Source of the DNA: Glycera tridactyla
Taxonomy: Eukaryota
Assembly: GCA_965644265.1 (NCBI GenBank)
Contig: OZ286460.1
Location: forward strand, 49,290,001-49,354,000
DNA: 64,000 nt
Direction: 5' to 3'
How positions within the stretch are numbered: position 1 is the stretch's first letter; the number at the start of each line of letters is the position of its first letter. Below are positions 11,809-24,641 of the stretch, in pieces. Made by a program: the position numbers and the translations under genes. The notes under the pieces are model-generated. The model was not told the DNA's origin. It did no database searches and saw only the letters and a program-made list of their open reading frames with translations.

Positions 11809-12957
11809 CCAGTGAGCTATTTGCCTGGGATTCAACACTTTCTGAGGCCCACTCTCGCAAATGCTCGTCATGTTGAAGACATTCATCTTCTTATCATAAC
11901 TGTTCCAGAAATAGTGAAAAGGTTCGGTTGAAAACATTTTGTGGAAATGGCAAAATGCAACAGATCATGGTGATAGTGTCATCCTGGTATCTGTACCATT
12001 CCACTTCAAAAAAACAGTTCTCATTCTTAACAATATTGATATTTCAAAAGTGACATACTTGATGATTGGTTGCTTGATTTGGCCAATTAAAAAAGCTGCT
12101 TCGAAGCACTGACCTGACCTGACCCGGTAGTAGAAATCTTACAGATTCAATCTGAGACCTCTCTTTTCTCAGTCACATGATATTTCTTTTTTTTTTGCTT
12201 GTCTAAACTATTACCCTAACTTTGGGCTGCCCCAGACAGACAGATGGTACAGCATGCAAAGTCATGTAAATGTTATGAATAATACCATGACCCTATATGA
12301 AAATCTCAATCGCTCAATCACAGATTGGATTACTGTCCAAACCAATTTAACAGATCACATTTCTCTCATCAATGCGACATCAATAACAGTAAGTCACATG
12401 CCAATATTCGCAGAACGAACTCCATACACAGGACATGTTGATTTTTCGAGACTTCGATGGATATACACATATATATTGACATGCATACAACAAATAATGG
12501 ATGGAGATATCATGATGGACAACTTGTGAGATCTAATCACTGAGAATGTTTGCATAGAATTGAACTGAATGCAGGCAGAAACAGCAGCAGCAAGAAAACT
12601 TCATTACTTCCCAACATAAGTTCGAAACATTGAAGAATCATAGCGGTTCCAACTAATTTTTTTCACTTTTTTGAAGTACAATTCACAAAAAATGTCATAC
12701 AGTACGAGGATAAGCTGACATACTAAAGCTGGACATACTAAAGTGGGTCTGGTCCTCCCCCACAAGTTGGGGTCCCGCTACCTGCTGGTGGTTGTGGATG
12801 CGCACTTGTCACCAAAACACTTCATTATCTGAATATTATTGTAATTGTTTCTTCGGTAATAACTATATTGCTTTATGGAGTCTGGTAGACATGTATGTTT
12901 TCACTTGTGAAGCGCTTTTGAACATGCTATGGATATATTGCACTATATAAATAACTA

Positions 12958-12972
12958 TCATTATCATTATTA

Positions 12973-13009
<37 letters not shown>

Positions 13010-13026
13010 CATTATTATTATTATTA
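12958..13026. repeat. (ATT)n microsatellite
   Basis: Direct reading. Confidence 0.97.
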
Positions 13027-13798
13027 TTGTGAAAGTGAAACTGATCTTGTGCACTATAGAGTTGTCATGTGATGTTATGATGCTTTTATGAACCATGAAC
13101 TCTCTACATCATTTGCATCCATGCATGCCTAGTGACTGGTCAGATTAGATGCTGAATTTGTTTGTTTGTTTGTGGTTTAATGGCATGTATCAAAACAGGG
13201 AATTATGTAAGATACTCAAGAATAGAATCTGTAAGAATCAAAATGTTACATTGCACATGAGTATAGATAGAAATCCATGACCAGTGCTTTGATCATTTTT
13301 CCAGTGACTCCTGTAGAGATTTGGTGAGGGCAGCCTCTATTTGAGCATTGGTTTCCATCATGGTATCTGAGTATGTTAACTCCTGGACGAATCATCTCAA
13401 ATGGGTGTCAATGATTGTGTAATGACATATAGTGCGGAGTGATGTAGATTTGTTCATCTCCTCATCGATTGTGGCCAACACTGGTACAACACGCAGACCA
13501 TGATACTTCCTTTCAGAGAAATAAAAAACAAATCAACTACACTTTCTTTGACAAACTACAGCCCAAACTACTTGAATAGTCACGGCAACAGGTATTATTC
13601 ACTAGACTAGCATCTCTCATGCCCATGTGATCTCCCATGCAACTGATATCCAAGCGAGTGTTTAGACGCCTAACTATCATACATGCAGTGAAAATGCCAG
13701 ATATAAAGGTTAGGGCAGGTTGACGACATGATATGATCATATATATTATATAGATGAAGCCATCTCACTGACATCTGGGTGAACACAGAATTGACATG

Positions 13799-13966
13799 GA
13801 TGCTTTGGTTGCTTTGGTTCTCCCAGAAAAATATAGCCATGAGGTGCAATGCTTGATGCTTTGGTTGCTCTGGTTCTCCCAGAAAAATATAGCCAACAGG
13901 TGCAACGCTTGATGCTTTGGTTGCTCTGGTTTACCCAGAAAATTATAGCCAACAGGTGCAACGCTT
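13799..13966. repeat. Tandem repeat, 56-bp unit x3
   Basis: GATGCTTTGGTTGC... starts at 13799, 13855 and 13911. Confidence 0.95.
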
Positions 13967-16900
13967 GAATTCTGAGTCATCCGAAGCATCAGTGAAATGG
14001 TCCCATGCAATTCGTATCAGTTACCTGGCAATAAGGAAGCAATCGAAACGACTATAACTGGACAATATTTCTAGATTACTCGCATTATTCCTACCACATT
14101 CTCGATTGATTCCGGAATTTCAGTGTGAAATTAGAACTAGTGATGGTGCATTTCAAGCTTGAGGCTGAGACATATGTGCTCTAAACTTATTCAAGTGATG
14201 AGCATGAAAACCCCGACACTGGGCTATGCTCGCTCCCTCGTGATCAACTTTCATGAATGCGTATCAGGTCAAATAGATCATACAGATTGCTCAAAATAAC
14301 TTCCATGTTTATTTCCAGGATGCCTGATGCAGATGTGACTGATGACTATCATTTTACTCATATTTACCATTCAAAATGGTGGATATCCTCACAATTTTAT
14401 CTTATTCCCATATCATGTCATTTTTAGTTATATGATCTTGTTCATGGTTCAATATATTTGCATCTTATAAAACCATTTTGGTCCAATGCTTGCGTGATAA
14501 AATGTTTACAGACAATGATTTATGGAGGCCAATCCATGGTCTTCTCCTCCACTAGAAACATGTATACATCTGTATGATCTGATCTATTGAGATTAAACAT
14601 GAGGGACAATGACTTCAATAGCAGCTTGGTGGAAGTCTTAGGTTTTTTCTAGTTCAGACTGTCTCTGTAGATCATGAAGACTTCATCGTCATCGGCAATG
14701 AGAGTACAAACTAGTCATTCCTGTTCTAGCGTAGATCGCCAGGTGGAAAAATTCAGAAAATGCAGTAGGACATTGTGTGAAACTCAATAACTCATGTACA
14801 AAACTCATTCATCTCAGTATGCAAGCAAGCTGCCTCGGAACCCAGATAATTACAAACCTCTACCACAGATGTGACATATCCATTCAAATACAAGGGTGTG
14901 AGATATAAGTGCTATATTACACAGTTATATGGCACACCCAGAGAAACAATTCATTCAGTATATGTGGATCAAAAGTAAGAAAAATATGCTCATGAAAGAT
15001 TGAGATGACATCCCACGAGGTGGAATCTGTGCCGAGATTTCACCAGGATGTCATAAATCACTGATTGGAATCCTGCATCCTACATTCTGATATGTATCTA
15101 TCATGAGCATTGTTTTCTACAATATAACAGTGAGCCTCTATACAGTGGTGATTTGCCTCACTCGCACCATCTACGAAAGAAACATTTTACATATACACAT
15201 TTTGATTATCCTGATATACATGTCATTTTCCTGCAGCAAAACCATCAAAATGCACTCCCTTTCGTACATGAAATATAATGATGACCATGTGGAATATAAA
15301 TTTTATTTTGGAATCCTTTTCGTCGAGTGACATCTAAGACCTTGTTACATGATCAGCAATCATATAATTTTGATATTAATCCCCAAACACACATTGTCAA
15401 CCACACTTGTGGTCTTCTCAAATTCCATAGCAGTCTTGTAAATATAATTATCGACAACTTCATTGATTCCCATCATGAATGAAACATGCTTGGATAATTA
15501 GGGTTTGACTATGTGGAAAATGACATGTCTACCATGAAAGTCAAAGCTTGACAATATAAGGTTAATGCTCTCATGTTGAATACAATCCAATTGTCCATTA
15601 AAAGTATTTTTCTCGGAAATTCACGCTGATCACTATTGCAGACAATCCCGATAATATTTCATCACCACATCTGAAATGTGAGGCAATGAAACATTGTGAC
15701 CTTCCCCTTTTTTTCAACATCTGAGAAAATGTTGAGATCACTAGATCAGCTGTGATCAATTAATGCATTCACCATCCAATTCCATCCAAAGCCCTTCCAT
15801 ATGAGACACAAAATTTCACCCATCCATTTTTGGAACTTTATTAAACATTTCTTCAGTGAAAGTTATCACTGAAGACATTTCGCCTTGAGTTGTCCTTCAA
15901 GTATGATTGCCAACAGTGATGTTGACAGTGACATCAAAACTAAACTTTGTGATGGGTAAGTATCACATGCTAAACTCGCCATTGTTTATCTGATTTGAGA
16001 ATTGATGGCACAAATGGATTGTGAAGGTCTTCCGGTGATTATCGGAACCTGGTCTCAGGTATTCTGTTTGCTTTCGAAGAGGACAAGGGGACCTTGCCGA
16101 GATCATATTTCAATCTGATGCAAATTCGCAATGCCAGGGCTGAAAACATATCCACCACAATAGAACTTGACAGACTTCACTGTTGACAGCATACTGCAAT
16201 ACCTGGAGAAAAGGATGGAGTCATTTCAGCTAAGATCTCATTGGAATGGTTAACATCAGAAATGCGAGGATGAAATGAGTCGGGAATGCATCAATGATCA
16301 ATGATGAGAAATTGTATACATGGGATTTGCTGAAGTGATTCACGTCAAATGGTTGGGAATGTTTTCAACATGAGAGAGTTGATACGACACATTGATACAT
16401 AACAGTGAGTGTTTGGCATTTGAGACAAGATTAATGTTACCGGAAGGTGGAATTCTCCCAAACCTTCCAAAAAACTTGAGCATCTGATTAATATTTATAT
16501 ATATATACACGATCCCTGACAATATAGGTGAGCAGGGCACAAGAAATCCTCTACATGTCCATGACTATCCAGCAATCACACAAAACATGGCCGACATTGT
16601 CTCAACATTTGCAAATTCCTTGTATGTCATTTCAATGTCATGTGCTCACTGGGTGTCAATGTTTTCATTCCTTCATCACATAAAATCAACAGTTTCAAAG
16701 TGGATACATTGTCAAAAGTGGAGGTTTGATACCTCACATTCAGGCCTGACAAAATGCTGTCATTTGAGACCAAAACAGTCCTGAAAATGCAACTATATGG
16801 GCATAAAAACTCAATAGTGGCGGCTTTCACCAGAACAATATGTGACAGCAATGGAGAACTGAGATTTCTTCTCTGCAGGATTGGTGATACACAATATGTA

Positions 16901-17173
16901 CTGTACTTCTCATGACTTGATCCTATCTGATCGTGTGACGGACTAGGCCAATTCTTCCAGCCCGCACCTTCCCCCTTCACCTGTGACCATGTATGATATT
17001 CAATGGAGTATATTACTCAGAACTGGCGAGTATTGACAACTGTTTTGGTCTCAGTAGACAGGTTCCGGCTGAGTAATGGTCCAATTCGACCTTCACATGA
17101 ATTACCTCTCCACAGTGACCAGGGTTCGAGTTCATTCTATTGTAGATGTATTTCATATCTGGCTTAGATATTA

Positions 17174-17334
17174 CAGTGAAACCTACAACAAGAGACCACC
17201 TCTGATGGGAGACTTTTTTTCAGAGCAGCCTCCATATTTGGCATAGTCAAATATACCTCTAACAAAAGACCATCTATTTTGAGAGACCACTTTTTGGTGA
17301 CATATAGGGTGGTCTCTCATCACAGGTTTCTGTG
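17174..17334. mobile_element. Tc1/mariner-type MITE
   Basis: TA|CAGTGAAACC...CAGGTTTCTGTG|TA, GAGACCAC motifs. Confidence 0.75.
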
Positions 17335-17847
17335 TACTAGCTTTCAAGGATTCAAAAATTACCACTGCAATTGGGAACAAATATGCCATATGTAGTACAT
17401 CTTAATGAAACTTGTCCCTGTAGATCAATGCACTGATCTCTGTGAAGAGGCAGAAAAACGACCGTGATAATATGTACAAGAGTGGATGGAAGCAGATTTT
17501 ACACAAAATATGTATTCACGGGTTCAGTTCATCAAAGTCGACACACCCCCTGGACTCAAAATTTCTCAAGTTGCCATTGTTAAAATCATAGCAACGAGAG
17601 GAGCCCTTCCTAAATCAAGATGATCATTAACTCTAGTGAAATGACCCCATCAAATAATGGCCATGTGTACACTGCTCATAAGACCTGAAATTACATTCTG
17701 CTGTCTATGCTACATTTGCTGTGTGTGATGATCACAAATGGAATGGGCATCTGAGATTGACTAATACCTCCTATTGGATCTAGACCAAAGAACTCATTCA
17801 TACTAGCCGGAATGACTACTAAATTCATGAAAGACTCTCATCCGATA

Positions 17848-18006
17848 CAGTGAAACCTGTGATGAGAGACCACCTCCAACGGAGACCCCTTGTTCAGGGC
17901 AGCTTTTCTACTTGACATAGTCAAATACACCTCTGATGGGAGTCCACCTCTTTAGAGACACCTTATTGGTGACATTCAGGGTGGGCTCTCATTGCAGGTT
18001 TTACTG
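17848..18006. mobile_element. Tc1/mariner-type MITE
   Basis: TA|CAGTGAAACCTG...CAGGTTTTACTG|TA. Confidence 0.85.
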
Positions 18007-18673
18007 TAGGAATTTTGAAAACACAACTTTTCCCAAGAAAAAGAATTCAGCCTAAATCACCACTGAAATTAGTTTGAACAGCGGAAATATGCTATTTGGG
18101 GAATAAATATATCATTTAGCCTGGAAATGAATGAAAAGTAGTCAATTTCATTTTTGAAGACCTCAAAATGGGATGGACATTCGAATAAAATTTGAAGTCC
18201 ATATTAGTATGTGCGCCCTCGGACTTCTTTAATCTTTCACCTAAGTCTGCTGAGCATAGATATCATACTATAAATGATAGTGATGATGCAAAATATACAA
18301 TCAATTCTTTGAATTTTTGATCATGAATAGTGATACTGAACTTCAAATTCCCTAGCATCCCTGATATTCAACTAGGATAGGAATTGATTCTTATATCTGA
18401 GACCATGTGAGGGAATGCCCAAAATTGAGATCAACCCTGCCTTCATATGTTTCTGAACCCCTTGGCTTGGCCAACCCCATCAAGTATTATATCTTAATTG
18501 AATGATCATAGCTATCGGAAAATGGGTGCTCCATTGTTCCATTCATTTGCAACAGAGAGACTTCATCCACCCACACTGCAGAGCATCTTTGAGCATTCAT
18601 GAATACTTTCAAAAGGAACATGAATATTGTCATCAATTAAACAAAATTATCACATGCATGTGACACTTCCAGT

Positions 18674-18786
18674 GAAGTATCAGGTGTTGAATATTGTGTA
18701 TGATACTTCACAGCTGGGTGAGAACTACTTATTGATAACTTCTCTCAGAGTCCATGTGATAAAAGCAAGAATATATGGCTGTGAGG
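18674..18786 (+). repeat. 113-bp dispersed repeat, copy 1 (copy 2 at 20480-20592)
   Basis: Shared core ATACTTCACAGCTGGGTGAGAACTACTT...GTGATAAAAGCAAGAATATAT.GCTGTGAGG. Confidence 0.9.
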
Positions 18787-20021
18787 TAAAAACACAATAC
18801 TATACTCAGTGTGAATTCCGATGGATATTACTCGACCTTTGACCTTGTGACATTCTGCGAAACTCACACCACGTTCAGTATTGTGTTTTACTTCAAAGCC
18901 ATATATTCTTGCTATGTGAACATCATATTTCTATTTATCAATATCATAAGCCGAAGTCTGTTGAGTCACTCTGGTGGGCAAGAATTTCATCTTGCAATCA
19001 AGGATTGCGAGTGAAACTCTGAAAGGAAACTCACAAACGGAATCCTGTTTAATGACCATCAAGCTCAATTCACTGAGATTAACTTCCAGATCTCATCCTC
19101 CACATGAAATTCACAATCAGGGAAGCTTTAATGACATGGTTGTGAAGTCTTGAAGAAAAAATCTGGGTTATTCCACCCGGTGTAAATCACATAAACAACT
19201 GCGGCATCAATTTTTCTCTCCCTCCCTCTCTCACAAACTATATTGATTATGAAAGATTTCAGGAATTTTGATCATATATGAGAGATGGAATATTTTCAAA
19301 ATATCACCCACCTTGGATGTTCGCCACATATTATGAGATTGGCCCTCATATCTTTCAAATCGGAGGGGATAAAAAGATTGAGGGGGTGAAGTGAAAGCAT
19401 ACCCACCAGGTTTGGACAACAGTTTTTGCAATGCTAATTTTGAAGAATGGTATCAAATCCAAAACTGTTACAGCACATCTTTGCATGTATGCCATTTTGT
19501 CTTAAAAGTTTGATAATGGTATCCACTTTTGTTCACCGACTACAAATGCATCACAGTTACTATTAGTAATGATGCCGAGGAGATGAAGCAATGTTTGGTG
19601 ATGAAAATTCCCCCGTATATTCTCAAAAGTACCTATTTGGAAACTTGTGTCATGATTGCAATTTTAAAAAATTTGATTTTACCCCCAATTTCGAATGTCT
19701 GAAAAGTCAGAAAATTGCAACACTGTATTGAGCTGAGATTCAGTAGTGGTAAGTGCCAAAGAGAGTGTGATACACATCAAAGAGAAATAAACCAAAGTGG
19801 ATACTCTGAGCAAAGGCTCATTGTCTGAGACAGTCATGGATTGATTACCTGAATTGGCAACTATCAGTTTGATTTCCTTCTGGAACCCTATGCAAGGACA
19901 TCACAGTTATCAAATAAAAACCTCAAATTCATTCAATGAAAAAAGCATCAAAGTAATATGATGGAAGAACGAAAATGATATGACAGAATTTCTGGTGCTC
20001 TCACTAGGAAAGGACAATATG

Positions 20022-20240
20022 CTAGTAGACATCATCGTCGTCATCATCATCGTCATCATCGACATCATCATCATCATCATCGTCGTCGTCATCATCTTCA
20101 GTGCCGATGTAACACGACGTATGAGCAATGGCACCGTCTGTTGAGAGAGGACGACTTGCAGCATCTGATGAACTCGCGGTTGCCTCCCGATTCTGTAGTA
20201 CCCACTTATAATCGAGTATTAGCTGCGATACTTGTTGTGC
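20022..20240 (-). CDS. Myo22: Myosin terminal exon (AQQVSQLILDYKWVL...GTE-D11-V-D10-V-Y-stop)
   Basis: gtttatag acceptor, last F3 helix (Q.S.LI.DY), TAG stop at 20024-20022. Confidence 0.88.
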   Translation of the reverse strand, partial: AQQVSQLILDYKWVLQNREATASSSDAASRPLSTDGAIAHTSCYIGTEDDDDDDDDDDDVDDDDDDDDDDVY

Positions 20241-23200
20241 CTATAAACAGTATTGAAGCCTAGAAAGTGAGAGTCCCTCTGAACATCTGGTCATTAATCG
20301 GGCAGTGCTAGAACAGTGCTGGGCAAATAAAGAAGAGTAACTAGCTGACAACAGCCATGTGCTGTAATATCAAATAATCTGTGTCTTTCTTATGCAAACC
20401 CATCGAGAATCACCCATACATATCACTTGCGATGGTACCATGAGAGAAGTACGTCAAAATATTCATTTTTGCAACTTTTGAAGTATCAGATGTTGAGTAT
20501 TGTGTATAATACTTCACAGCTGGGTGAGAACTACTTTTTGATGATTTCTCTCCTAATCCGGGTGATAAAAGCAAGAATATATAGCTGTGAGGCACATTTC
20601 TTTTCACCAGACAGGGTCAGGTCATGGAGGCGACCATCTTTGGTTCAACCTAATCGACAGTGGGGCTGTTGAAATAACAACATTAGGAAGGTACCTCACA
20701 TTTAAAAACACTGACGGACAGTTCACACGACTAATCGGAGAGGTGGAGTGACTCAATTTGCTCCACATTTATAAAGACTTTTGCAAAGTAGATCTTTGCT
20801 GCAGACTCACCTGAGATGTACTGAATAGGAGTTTGATGAATTTATGTCCTGTTTGAATCTCCATAGTTATGTTCTTTGATGTTGCATTCGTTGTGACAAT
20901 TTCATGATGGGCATAAGTGCAGTAAATTGTCTGAAAGAAGAGAAATAAATGATACAGAAATGACATACATCATGAGGGTACCATGAGGACAAATATATAC
21001 ATTCTACATTCATCTTTGTAAGGTTACAGAATCTCTTTCCTTGACAACATTGATATCTACGAGGGATGGGACTGATATAAACCATGGCCAGCACAGCTTG
21101 CCCACCAATCTACCAGGATCTCCTCCAAACACATGATCTTGGCACAATCTTGAGAACCTGTGACTGAAAAGCCAACTCATTCTAAAAGCCACCAACTGCT
21201 GAAATGATCAAGATGGATTCTGAAGACTTCTGATGTCCTGGGCTAATTGTGAGTATCGGGAGCCTCATCTCAACTCAATGTATTTACATGTTACGTCAAT
21301 CCACTTGCTTCAGGATAATTCAGATTTACAATATAAACACCAAATCTTGGATTATGCCTCTATAGTGTGGAAGAAATATCATTGCAAGTATGTGAAAGCA
21401 AGTTTGCAAAAAACTAACATTTTTTGTAAAATGGCATGCATCACTGAAATGAAAGAGGAATAAGCTGAAACTTGCATGGTCTACAATCTTTTCAACCTCT
21501 ATAGTGAATATATGCTAAGAAAGTATAGAAATAGAATAATGTTTCTAACTAGCTAGAACAGAACCTCAAAACCAAATCCACTGCCTTAAAATCTTGTTGA
21601 ATAGATGACCTGGACTGCTGAGTCTCCTACCAGATTAGTTTGCATCGCTGGGTGAGTGCTGAATTTGGCCATCATTTTACCCCTGTAATGCCAACTATCC
21701 AGTGTTGGCTAAATATTGGCTAAGTGTTGGCTTTTGATGGTTTAATGATGGCTTGCCAACATCAGGCCAATGTAGAATTGATTAGCATGGCCCGTGATAG
21801 GCCAAAATGATCCCTGCCAGCATTGGCCCAGCATTGGCCAAATGCTGGTATGTTATCTGAGATTACACTTTTGATGGGCAAGCATCAGACAGAGGGTTAT
21901 TATTCTCCTTATAATTACCATATTCTACAGAATATAGGCACTGGCCACAGAAGAAATACCTCCACAAGGGAGCATGTGCAGGTTATGGCCCCTGACATCA
22001 TTCATTGGGATTGACAGCTGGGAGGGGGGGGGGGGTAAATTCCTTATTGTGCCTGCCAAATGGATGGGTGCATAACCTTGATTATGTCCCTGATTTTATA
22101 GAGGTAGGCAGGTGAAATGTTGAGGAGGCCAGTTGGAAATTCTATTTCACCTATGCACAGAACACCTGAGGGAAAAGTCACAGTCAAACCTGTTCTGAGA
22201 AACCACCCTTCATGAATACAAAAGGTGGCTGCTTGGCGCAGGTGGGTGCTGAGGGCAAGTGGATTATAGTGAAAAAATCTCTGATGGGAAATGTGAAAAT
22301 GGCTACTCAGGACAGGCGATTGATTAGTACAGTGGCAGGTTAGAGTGTATTACAGACCCTGTTTGAGAAAAAAGTCAATGTATTATTAATTGTTGCATGC
22401 AAGTATATCTATCCATATTGGATCAAAGGATTGACAGGAGCGAACAAAGGCAGCTGAAAATGTCCATCAATGGTGAGTAGTCGCTCTGAAGCATGATACA
22501 TCTTGGTAATAACAGAATTGAAGCAAATATTCAAAAATTATTCGATTTATTTGGTGCACCTGGGAATGGAGGTTTCAATGAACCCACCAAATCCATTGTG
22601 ATCATGTTGCGATATAACCTGGATACTGCTGATAGGAGGAAATGATCAGCCAGCCAAATAACCAACCAACCAACCAAGGAGGACCACGGTGCATCATTAA
22701 TCCATGTTTGCAGTACCTATAGTACAATTCTGTTAACTGTGAACACATCTAAATCACTTTGAATTAAATATGTGAATGTGACACTGGTATAGTTAGAAGA
22801 TATCTGAAATTGAATGATACAGTCAAACCTGTCCTAAGCAGCCACTTAAGGGATATGGAAAAAGTGGCTGCTTGGGACAGGTGGGCTGGTATTTCGAGTT
22901 TCGATGATGATTCAAAGAGAACCAGCTGCACATGAAAGCTGACCAAGCATGGCCTGCAGATAAGCTGTTTATTTCACAGCTATCTCCTCAGATTCACCAC
23001 CAGGTGACAGTTTTTCACACCTCTCTGAGCCATCAGCTTGCACATTTGTCATTTTGGAGATGAGACGAGTGACCACATGGTGCTTACAATAGATAGCTGC
23101 ATAGAAGGGGTGAATTTCAGGGGGAAAAGACACTGGGCAAAATTAGAGTGGCTGGTCCAGCCACAGTGGAGGTGTCCTTTACGTCAGGTTTGATAGTACT

Positions 23201-24582
23201 ATTTCTCATAATATACTATTAGAATGTGAAAATTACTTTCTTGGAAATCATCTCATTCCTCAATGTGTATTTGACAGGATGAATGGAACTAAAAGTACTT
23301 CACTGCAACAGCCGAAGCAGGGAGGAATTCAGTTTCAGTAAATCAAAGTACAAAAGTACACTTCAAAGGACCTACAGAGAAGCCTAACCCCAAGCATGAG
23401 AAAAATATAACGCCCCAACTGATATAGACATTTTCCACTAGCCCCGCAATTATACTTCTTATCTAAATTGGTTATGTGTGTCTTAAATTGGTTAGTAAAA
23501 TGAGATCATGCTAATCAATCTGAAAAGTACGTGTGTAATAGTGTATGCATTCCAACAAATTCAAATATATGTGCTCGACTGCATTCGTATATCATGATTA
23601 TGGAATAGGAATTCTACTTGTTTGAGTGCAGAGTAGTCATATATGGATGATTTTACCAGTTCTTGATGTCCCTAATTGGATAAAACACACAATGAAGCAG
23701 TATTTTCACAATGAAATCAAAATTGTGATCACTATCTATATCACTGACTTCTAAAAATTTGAAACTTTATATCAATGATTATTTAAATGAATTTCAACCA
23801 TTTGTCATCCATCTGACATACAATGGAAAATATTCGAGGGGGTTTCAGTCATGACAGTCGCGATTCACTTCGATTCAATTTCATTCAGAAACTCTTATTT
23901 CATATCCTGGTGTGCGCTCCATGCACATATAATAGATAGGTTTTTCAACAACTCCACGTCACAAATTCATCAGAAATACATAGGTCCAACACCTGTATGT
24001 GAATGCCAATATATATGTTACGTGCTATCGACGGATCTGCGCGATCGCCCGATCCGTCGTTGGCGCAGGAATCGATCAATGGCGCCGCGCTATCGATGAC
24101 CGTTGACGGGTATTTGTGTATGCATCACTGAACAATGATGAAAGTTTGCCGTGAATCGTAAATTTGCACTCGTATTTGGAGAAGATAAACACATTAAAAA
24201 ATTATGAAACCAATAATCTTATAATTCATGCCAATACAACCCAATATTCGCTTTTGCTGTATATTGAGTAGCTGCTGAAATATCCAGCATCAAAGTGGGA
24301 GAAAGGCAAGTGAAAAAACAAGATGGCAGCGATTGTTTACAGCCGATATCGCCGACTTTCGGCCACGATGTAACAACATTAATGCATTGAAATCAAGATG
24401 TAGTAATCAGAGTCGAAGGGGAATTTTGTTTTCTTCATACCTAAATGTCTATAGAGAATGAAATCTGTCAATTGGCCTGCCATCCATCGATTGTTGCACG
24501 ATCAATCGATCATGGTGCCAACAACAGATCGGTCGTTGGCCCGGCGCTATCGGCCGATCGCGCCGATCGGCCGTTGGCGCGT

Positions 24583-24641
<59 letters not shown>

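Noticed and set aside
14400-16210. Decayed ORF-like text on the minus strand (e.g. ITFTEEMFNKVPK) as a TLR pseudogene
   Set aside because: Many stops in all frames and no consistent LRR periodicity.
17100-17140. GGTTCGAGT B-box-like motif (tRNA/SINE)
   Set aside because: No A-box or cloverleaf can be built around it.
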